A DNA stretch of 6,075 nt, from positions 1-6,075 of the IMG/VR virus record IMGVR_UViG_3300020030_000065. The stretch is one strand, 5' to 3'. Source of the stretch: a virus. Each line of letters starts with the position of its first letter. Positions within the stretch are counted from its first letter, which is position 1. Under the pieces are notes generated by a model, which worked only from the letters and a program-made list of their open reading frames with translations, was not told where the DNA came from and made no database searches. Made by a program: the position numbers and the translations under genes. Of this stretch, positions 1-5,599 are shown in pieces.

Positions 1-121
1 AATAGCCGATACAACTTATTAATATAAGATTTAATATCGACATCAGAAGAACTGTTACAGAGCCGAGTAAGGCACCGAGCATTATGTAATATAATTTCGT
101 CTTCATTGGTTAGGTGATGAT
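1..121. repeat. Terminal direct repeat, copy 1 (identical to 5955-6075); marks a circular molecule of 5954 bp
   Basis: Both copies read aatagccgatacaacttattaatataagatttaatatcgacatcagaag...cttcattggttaggtgatgat with no difference seen over 121 nt. Confidence 0.97.
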
Positions 122-1325
122 TTAATGTAAGATACTGATAATAAGCACGAGTCACAGAAAGAATAGAATCGGAATCATAATCTATAATACCGAACCTTGC
201 CATTCTTTTCGGCGCGTCTGCAACAGCTCGAATAATTCTAGCAATCGCAACAGCATCGTCATAGCGAGCACTTGGGAATCGGGGCAATAAGGTACGGATA
301 TACGACATGGGGGGAGTTGATTTAACACTAATTCCATTGAAGTTATAGATTCGTCCATTAATGACAGAATCGATTTTTTGCTCGATCGCGTGATAAGGGT
401 CTTCATTCTGGTCGAAAACCTCACCCTTTTCAAAGAATCCAAGAGACGCTCTTTGCCTGGGTCTAAATGCGCGGCATGATCGATATAATAGGGGAGCAGA
501 ACTAAGGCTGTTAACGTAACTCGCAACGTACGAAGCAGCTCCACCGCGGGCAAGCTGGAAATCTGTACGACCGAGTTTCCAACTCTTATCGTGACACTGT
601 CGTAATACCTCTGAGACTTCTCTCGAGTTCGTGAATAATAAGATATGATAATGCGGGCGGAAATGGACTGGGGCATATTCACCCACAGCGTAGAAATGTA
701 GCGATTCATAAGTACCCAATTGTTGAAATAAATGTTTACGTAATCGTTTAATATAGTTCTGAACATCAACATAATTTAAGAATGGTATAAGGTTATTAAT
801 ACCATATTGTTCAGCAGCGGGATATACCGAATTGTCGACGGCCTGCGATTTATGGATAAAACTACGAATAGCATCCATACTAAGAAACCAATTGTCCTTA
901 GCAGGAACATATTTCTTAATTTCACGGTCATACGGCACCGTGCCTTGAACCTGCGTGAAGAATATATGACGCAATTGGGAAGAATCCTCAGGTTGATACT
1001 CAGAAACAGGGATATAAGAGTGGCATTCATAACCGAATACTTTATCTCCTGAAATGCTTAGAGTGTCTTCATAATCACTATGCAGAACCTCACAATTCAT
1101 CAGAGGGATATGTTCATTAGCATAAGTAAGCGTCACAAAATAAGAATACTTGAAAGCACTTCCAGCGGTCTTCACGCGCATGGACGCTTTTTTAGAACGC
1201 TTATGAATACAGTAATCACATTGACCGCAATCTACGGCAATACGTGCACCAGTGTAACGATTAGTTATGAAAGAACGATGCTGACAATGATCGACAGCTT
1301 TAAGCAAATCAGGAGTAAATTTCAT
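1..1325 (-). CDS. Replication initiator protein (VP4/Rep, HUH endonuclease), N-terminal 441 codons; continues across the circle junction into 5954..5600
   Basis: Manual translation from ATG at 1325: MKFTPDLLKAVDHCQHRSFITNRYTGARIAVDCGQCDYCIHKRSKKASMRVKTAGSAFKYSYFVTLTYANEH... It has motif I-like FVTLTY, HUH-type HFRPHYHILLF (about 645-665), Tyr motif YVASYVN (about 510-530) and a CGQCDYC Cys cluster (about 1209-1229). No stop was found down to position 1. The ORF track omits it because the frame runs off the edge. Confidence 0.95.
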   Translation of the reverse strand, partial: MKFTPDLLKAVDHCQHRSFITNRYTGARIAVDCGQCDYCIHKRSKKASMRVKTAGSAFKYSYFVTLTYANEHIPLMNCEVLHSDYEDTLSISGDKVFGYECHSYIPVSEYQPEDSSQLRHIFFTQVQGTVPYDREIKKYVPAKDNWFLSMDAIRSFIHKSQAVDNSVYPAAEQYGINNLIPFLNYVDVQNYIKRLRKHLFQQLGTYESLHFYAVGEYAPVHFRPHYHILLFTNSREVSEVLRQCHDKSWKLGRTDFQLARGGAASYVASYVNSLSSAPLLYRSCRAFRPRQRASLGFFEKGEVFDQNEDPYHAIEQKIDSVINGRIYNFNGISVKSTPPMSYIRTLLPRFPSARYDDAVAIARIIRAVADAPKRMARFGIIDYDSDSILSVTRAYYQYLTLNHHLTNEDEIILHNARCLTRLCNSSSDVDIKSYINKLYRL

Positions 1326-1327
1326 AA

Positions 1328-1636
1328 TTATTTACGTTTATCAATCACTTGGTAGCGATTACGCGGGCCAAATGAAATATGAATAAATGTAGGATAAATA
1401 ATAAGTTGATCAAAACGACACATATTATCAGCATAATTATGGATCATTTCAAGCAGCTTATTGAAACTAGTATTGCCATAAGGTTTAATGTCAATAGCCT
1501 CACCCGTCAAATGCTGAGAATTAGGAACACCATTACAAGCCTTATTCTGTTCCGGAGTACGTCTGGCACTCGTCACAGTGAAATGAACGTTAGAGAACAA
1601 CAGATACTCAAGAAAATGCATAAGAGAATAATTCAT
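1328..1636 (-). CDS. Small peptidase M15-family protein (D-Ala-D-Ala carboxypeptidase/endolysin-like), 102 aa
   Basis: Contains TSARRTPEQNKACNG, SQHLTGEAIDI (S-x-H-x2-G-x-A-x-D zinc-binding signature), FDQLI and IHISF followed by RNRYQ, in the order expected for M15_3-like proteins. It overlaps the upstream mini-ORF by 4 nt and sits 2 nt before the rep start. Confidence 0.88.
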   Translation of the reverse strand: MNYSLMHFLEYLLFSNVHFTVTSARRTPEQNKACNGVPNSQHLTGEAIDIKPYGNTSFNKLLEMIHNYADNMCRFDQLIIYPTFIHISFGPRNRYQVIDKRK

Positions 1637-1716
1637 AATCCAATAGCATTAAGAATATAACCAAGAGCAGCGGAAACAGCACCAATTACAATTTTCCAAA
1701 TATTATTACTTTTCAT
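1633..1716 (-). CDS. 27-aa hydrophobic mini-protein MKSNNIWKIVIGAVSAALGYILNAIGL
   Basis: ATG at 1716, TGA at 1633-1635. The stop overlaps the peptidase start (ATGA, 1633-1636). It has a short polar/basic N-terminus and a single Ala/Gly/Ile-rich hydrophobic helix. It is the 3' end of the 74-aa track ORF; the internal ATG is the more plausible start. Confidence 0.6.
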   Translation of the reverse strand: MKSNNIWKIVIGAVSAALGYILNAIGL

Positions 1717-1900
1717 CGGCTTGAGTTTTAAGTTCAACAAAATTATTTTCTTCTTTAATCGAATCCACAACAACAATAAGACCCAGCGGAGAAACTCGCT
1801 CAGAATAGTTTCCAAGACCGTCAAGAGAATTGACGATATAAGGCGGTATAACATCACGACCAGTGGTTTTTTCTTTTAAGGAAATAATAAATTTCTGCAT
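1706..1900 (-). CDS. Hypothetical protein, 64 aa (MQKFIISLKEKTTGRDVIPPYIVNSLDGLG...), first gene after the intergenic region
   Basis: ATG in the same TT-ATG context (AATTATG) as rep and VP1. Protein-like composition. Lies about 50 nt downstream of a Bacteroidota-type promoter candidate. Overlaps the 27-aa ORF by 11 nt. Confidence 0.7.
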   Translation of the reverse strand: MQKFIISLKEKTTGRDVIPPYIVNSLDGLGNYSERVSPLGLIVVVDSIKEENNFVELKTQADEK

Positions 1901-1950
1901 AATTGTAAGATTTTAATATTAATAAACTAATGAGTTTGGTTTCTACGGAG

Positions 1951-1981
1951 CAAAGGAAAGTATAATTTTTGAATAAACAAA
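1951..1981 (-). promoter_or_regulatory. Candidate Bacteroidota-type promoter: -33 TTTG, 19-nt spacer, -7 TTCCTTTG (consensus TAnnTTTG)
   Basis: Minus strand TTTG (1981-1978), 19 nt (1977-1959), TTCCTTTG (1958-1951). One mismatch to TAnnTTTG and a spacer within the known 19-21 nt range. A poly-A tract (T9 on plus, 1993-2001) lies just upstream. Confidence 0.5.
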
Positions 1982-2050
1982 ATATTTCGGAGTTTTTTTT
2001 TATTCTACGGTTAGGGTGTGAGTTGTGCGTTTATAGACAAGGGGGGGCCG

Positions 2051-2073
2051 AATTTGAGATGATAACTCAAATT
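2051..2073. other. Hairpin aatttgag-atgataa-ctcaaatt next to a G7 tract (2041-2047)
   Basis: Perfect 8-bp inverted repeat with a 7-nt loop in the intergenic region. Confidence 0.55.
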
Positions 2074-2126
2074 TCCTCCGGACACAACTAGGGGCTTCGC
2101 TTGAATAACATAGGGGGTATAGGCAC

Positions 2127-2148
2127 GGCAAGTCAAGTCTGTCTTGCC
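2127..2148. other. Inverted repeat ggcaag-10 nt-cttgcc
   Basis: Perfect 6-bp stem (2127-2132 / 2143-2148) in the non-coding region. Confidence 0.4.
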
Positions 2149-2174
2149 TTTGCGCACCTACGTGCTAAAATACC

Positions 2175-2189
2175 GGAGCGGAACGCTCC
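2175..2189. other. GC-rich hairpin ggagcg-gaa-cgctcc, with an alternative long-range partner ccgctcc at 2205-2211
   Basis: Perfect 6-bp inverted repeat with a 3-nt loop. ggagcgg (2175-2181) can also pair with ccgctcc (2205-2211). Confidence 0.5.
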
Positions 2190-2255
2190 TCTAGGGAAGT
2201 CGCTCCGCTCCATTTTATACCAGGCCCTACGCGGGCGGCGGGTGTATATCGCTCC

Positions 2256-2273
2256 AGAGCCGCGATGGGCTCT
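2256..2273 (-). terminator. GC-rich hairpin just after the VP2 stop (AGAGCC-6 nt-GGCTCT), candidate 3'-end/terminator structure
   Basis: Perfect 6-bp inverted repeat agagcc/gcgatg/ggctct, 16 nt past the VP2 stop codon in the gene direction. No strong U-tract follows. Confidence 0.4.
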
Positions 2274-2288
2274 TAGTCCTGAAGAATG

Positions 2289-3392
2289 CTAGTAACCAAT
2301 ACCATTAGCACCATTATAAATAGTAGTGTTACGAGGGCCGTAATCATTACGGAAAATCTGAGCACCAGGACGCATAGCTCCAATTATATTACCAGCGCCT
2401 TGAAAAATACGAGATGCGTAATCTATAGCATTACGAAGGCCGTAAGAATCAAAATCCTTCTTAGCGTTACCGGCAGACCATCTGTAATAGTCCCGGATAG
2501 CTTTATCCTTAGAATATTGCATATTCTTACGGTTGTTTACATTTTTGTAATCCCATAGAGAATCGTAATATTGCGTATAGTAACCCATATTCGTAGCAGA
2601 TATTAGAGCATCAGCAGTGTCAGAAGCAATTTCATTAGAAATACGCTGACCTTGTGTCTGAGCAGCAATCTGGAGTGCACGCTGAATCTCAGTTTGGACC
2701 TGTTTTTCGGTTAAAGCACCTTGTTGAACAAGATTGTAGAGATACTGAGCTTTTGTAAGAAGATCCGCTTGCTGTTGGGCGTCCATATACTTATTTAATA
2801 TAGCCTGAGCATCAGCCTGTAGGTAAATATGCGATGTCTGAGCCGCAGTCAACTTACCAGCAGCAACAGCATTCTCAAGTTCCTGACGTTCTCTAGACTG
2901 GTCCAATTCAGCAGAAATACGACCAGTATTAGAATCCCAATAACCAGACTCACCAACACCAATATTCTTGTAATTAGTGTCTCCTATAATTTTTTTAGCT
3001 AAGAGGGGGGTAAGAGTCTCAACCTGATTAGACTCAGTAATAGCCTTCCGAGCCTGAGCAAATGTTGCCAATGCAGAATCAATACCAGATAAATCTACAT
3101 GGACACCTTGCATAGCAGGAGTAGAGGGAATAGTAGCCTGAGGAGAAGAACCAGGAGAAGCAGAAGCACCCGCACCAGTCGAACTAACAAATGGATTCAA
3201 ACCGCGGACAATCTGAGCAGCAGGAGAATTGTACTGATTCTGATAATCAACCATATACTTTTGCCATTGCCGAGACAACTGGGCTTCATTCTGGGCAGCT
3301 ACACGGTTCTGTGTAGCGATTAATTCATTTGTCGCATTCGCATTGGACTGCGACATAGAATTAATCATGCTACCCAATATTGAACCAATCAT
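2289..3392 (-). CDS. DNA pilot / minor spike protein VP2 (phiX174 H-like), 367 aa
   Basis: MIGSILGSMINSMSQSNANATNELIATQNRVAAQNEAQLSRQWQKYMVDYQNQYNSPAAQIVRGLNPF: hydrophobic/Gly N-terminus followed by the W-x-YN-P-x-Q-x-R-GLNP signature of microvirus VP2, then a long Gln/Ala-rich helical region. Confidence 0.93.
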   Translation of the reverse strand: MIGSILGSMINSMSQSNANATNELIATQNRVAAQNEAQLSRQWQKYMVDYQNQYNSPAAQIVRGLNPFVSSTGAGASASPGSSPQATIPSTPAMQGVHVDLSGIDSALATFAQARKAITESNQVETLTPLLAKKIIGDTNYKNIGVGESGYWDSNTGRISAELDQSRERQELENAVAAGKLTAAQTSHIYLQADAQAILNKYMDAQQQADLLTKAQYLYNLVQQGALTEKQVQTEIQRALQIAAQTQGQRISNEIASDTADALISATNMGYYTQYYDSLWDYKNVNNRKNMQYSKDKAIRDYYRWSAGNAKKDFDSYGLRNAIDYASRIFQGAGNIIGAMRPGAQIFRNDYGPRNTTIYNGANGIGY

Positions 3393-3832
3393 TGAGCACT
3401 AGAGGCAGATGCGGGATCCGTAGACGGCGCTGCCTTATTCTCTGCCAGCATAGACTCAGCAATAGCGGATAATTCTGACTTCTCGCTAGCCAATTGCCGT
3501 AAAACAGCTTGTCTTTCAGACATCGTCTGACAATGCCGAGAAATGACACAGTCAAACCGTTCCTCATCTGTCATACTATCCATAGTAGTAGACTGAGTAG
3601 GATGCATTTGAGCTAAGATATTATTCACATTCATATCTCCAAGAAGACGACGATACTTCTCCTGGTTAAGGAGAATAGAAGTCATATCCATATACATATA
3701 CGAGCCGTCGGACAATTCCTCCAGCATAACCGAATCATATACACTAGCTTCATAACAGGGATTTCCCTCAATCAATTCAGGAGTAACACTATCCTGTTCA
3801 AACTCAGGATTTACATAAGCAAAATTTCTCAT
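3389..3832 (-). CDS. Putative VP3-like internal scaffolding protein, 147 aa (the track start at 3844 is a TTG; ATG at 3832 preferred)
   Basis: Lies between VP1 and VP2 and ends in an ATGA overlap with the VP2 start. Acidic, Met/Gln-rich, predicted mostly helical. The segment SILLNQEKYRRLLGDMNVNNILAQM loosely resembles the FKDECDINNIM region of gokushovirus VP3. Function is inferred mainly from synteny. Confidence 0.6.
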   Translation of the reverse strand: MRNFAYVNPEFEQDSVTPELIEGNPCYEASVYDSVMLEELSDGSYMYMDMTSILLNQEKYRRLLGDMNVNNILAQMHPTQSTTMDSMTDEERFDCVISRHCQTMSERQAVLRQLASEKSELSAIAESMLAENKAAPSTDPASASSAQ

Positions 3833-3844
3833 AACGACACACAA

Positions 3845-5584
3845 TTAATAAGGTAAACCATTTCTATCCAAGTTCTGTACAGCATACACTTGGAAGTTAA
3901 CATTACATAATAACTGGTCATAAGCCACATTATAATTACTAGTAGTAATCTGCGGCTCAAATATAGAATTCAGCTGTTGAGGACGAATCTTAAATGACTG
4001 ATAACTCAATGAAGACTGACCAGAAACCTGAACCTGAGAACCTTGAAGCGGAGCAGCCCAAGACTGATAAGCAGCAGCAGGACGAAATGCACCATGAACC
4101 GTGTCAACAGCAGATTTCCACTGCCAATAGCGAAGATTATAACCAATATTGCCAGTAGGAGAGGACGGACTATTATTAAGCGCCAGAGAAGGAACAGGCT
4201 GCATACCTAACTGGTCGAATGCAGGTTGGGGGAAGTCAGAAACAGACGTACATAGCAACTGAGGATTATGACCTTTAAGCGACCAGTCGAGCAGAGGAAC
4301 AGCATGATAAACACACATAATTACCTGATGCTCAGCACCACAATCATAATTAATAACATGACCAGACTTAGAGTCAACACCTTTACCAGCGATAACAGCT
4401 TGAGAGTTATCAGCAGTCAAGTTAGTATTCAAAACCTCATTAATATTGATAACATTAGACCAACCTCCAATATAGTGGGCATGGTTACCCATGTATTCAG
4501 GGGCTTTAATGCCAAACTGAGCAGCCATCTGGTCTGAATAATCCTTACTACTAAATTGTACTACTTCTTTCCAGCGCTGTAAGTATTCAGTTGCACGGAT
4601 TGAGAGAGCGGATAGGTCAGAGTTAACCTGTAAACCACGAATAGAAGTATAAGCGCTAGAAGTAACAACATTTGTAGTATTAGCAGGATTGTTAACAGCA
4701 GAATTAGTACCACCAATAACACCAGAAGAAGCAATCACGCGGGAAGAAGGCTCAGACGACATTTGAGAAGAAGGCAGAACAGCTACCGAGCCATACTGAG
4801 AAGCGGGAAGCACGCCGAGGAAATAATCCTTAGGATAGTTCGCATAGCGCAACTTAATCATATCGGCAGAAATCTCAACAGAACTCCCGCCGTCCCAATA
4901 ATCGACATTATAAGAATAAGCCAAATGTTTTTCCCACTGAGAATTGGAGAAGAAATCGAAGTAGATTTTCTGATAGGCAAAAATAGGAAGAAGGTTCAAA
5001 TTAATAGAAGTACCGTAAATAAGTGGATTCTGAGAATCCGACAACGAAGTGGTATCAAGACCAAGATACTGCATGGTAATATCTTTCTTTTTAGCATTTC
5101 CAGTACCAATAAATGAACCATAACCAAGCATATCCAATAGCTTACAAGAGCCGTAGGCGAAGCCAAAACCAGCGTCATCAACAGTATTAGCAGTTACACG
5201 AGCCTGGATTTCAGCAGATATATTACCAACCGGAGCATAGGGAACACTAGATAACTGTGATGTATTAGCAGAATTAGAAGCAGCAGAAGTCATATAGTCC
5301 GACATCTGGGTAAATGCCTGTGGGAGCGCACGAGAAATCAGTCGTAACGGCACAGCGTAGAAGTCATAATATTCCTTGATACGCGTATAAGCAGCCGTAT
5401 TCACGGGGACAGTACGGGTAAACCAGTCAGAAGAAATACGATACTTAGTACCAGGAATGGCAATCTGCCAATAGCACGGAAGAATTTCTCCGATTTTTGC
5501 CGTAAACAATTTTTTACTAGACAAATCAAAGGAAGAGCGATGTACGGCAACTCTCGCTCGGTCTAGTGGGTTAAAATCACTCAT
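3845..5584 (-). CDS. Major capsid protein VP1 (microvirus F-protein family), 579 aa
   Basis: N-terminus ...SSFDLSSKKLFTAKIGEILPCYWQIAIPGTKYRISSDWFTRTVPVNTAAYTRIKEYYDFYAVPLRLI is typical of Bacteroidota-associated microvirus capsid proteins. Largest ORF; starts 15 nt after the rep stop. Confidence 0.96.
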   Translation of the reverse strand: MSDFNPLDRARVAVHRSSFDLSSKKLFTAKIGEILPCYWQIAIPGTKYRISSDWFTRTVPVNTAAYTRIKEYYDFYAVPLRLISRALPQAFTQMSDYMTSAASNSANTSQLSSVPYAPVGNISAEIQARVTANTVDDAGFGFAYGSCKLLDMLGYGSFIGTGNAKKKDITMQYLGLDTTSLSDSQNPLIYGTSINLNLLPIFAYQKIYFDFFSNSQWEKHLAYSYNVDYWDGGSSVEISADMIKLRYANYPKDYFLGVLPASQYGSVAVLPSSQMSSEPSSRVIASSGVIGGTNSAVNNPANTTNVVTSSAYTSIRGLQVNSDLSALSIRATEYLQRWKEVVQFSSKDYSDQMAAQFGIKAPEYMGNHAHYIGGWSNVININEVLNTNLTADNSQAVIAGKGVDSKSGHVINYDCGAEHQVIMCVYHAVPLLDWSLKGHNPQLLCTSVSDFPQPAFDQLGMQPVPSLALNNSPSSPTGNIGYNLRYWQWKSAVDTVHGAFRPAAAYQSWAAPLQGSQVQVSGQSSLSYQSFKIRPQQLNSIFEPQITTSNYNVAYDQLLCNVNFQVYAVQNLDRNGLPY

Positions 5585-5599
5585 AATTAATAATTTAAA

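Noticed and set aside
182-772. 196-aa minus-strand ORF as an independent gene
   Set aside because: It overlaps the true Rep frame, which carries the HUH and Tyr motifs; no recognisable family. Kept only as an alternative-frame observation.
1633-1857. Full 74-aa version of the mini-protein
   Set aside because: Its first 47 codons overlap the 64-aa gene in another frame and look like a frame-shifted Leu/Ile-rich artefact. The internal ATG at 1716 is a better start.
1901-2288. dif-like XerCD integration site, as used by some Bacteroidota microvirus prophages
   Set aside because: I could not identify a convincing 28-bp dif-like sequence by eye; a profile search would be needed.
2101-2292. 63-aa plus-strand ORF in the intergenic region
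   Set aside because: TTG start, opposite strand to all genes, and coincides with the GC-rich hairpin cluster. More likely a structured non-coding region.
3370-3567. 65-aa minus-strand ORF overlapping the VP3-like/VP2 junction
   Set aside because: Out of frame with both supported genes, no recognisable features.
4763-5116. 117-aa plus-strand ORF (also 4268..4537, 3099..3323, 2286..2558, 1379..1660, 1080..1355, 807..1052)
   Set aside because: These are antisense to well-supported minus-strand genes, have low-complexity or Arg/Ile/Asn-rich products and match no known family.
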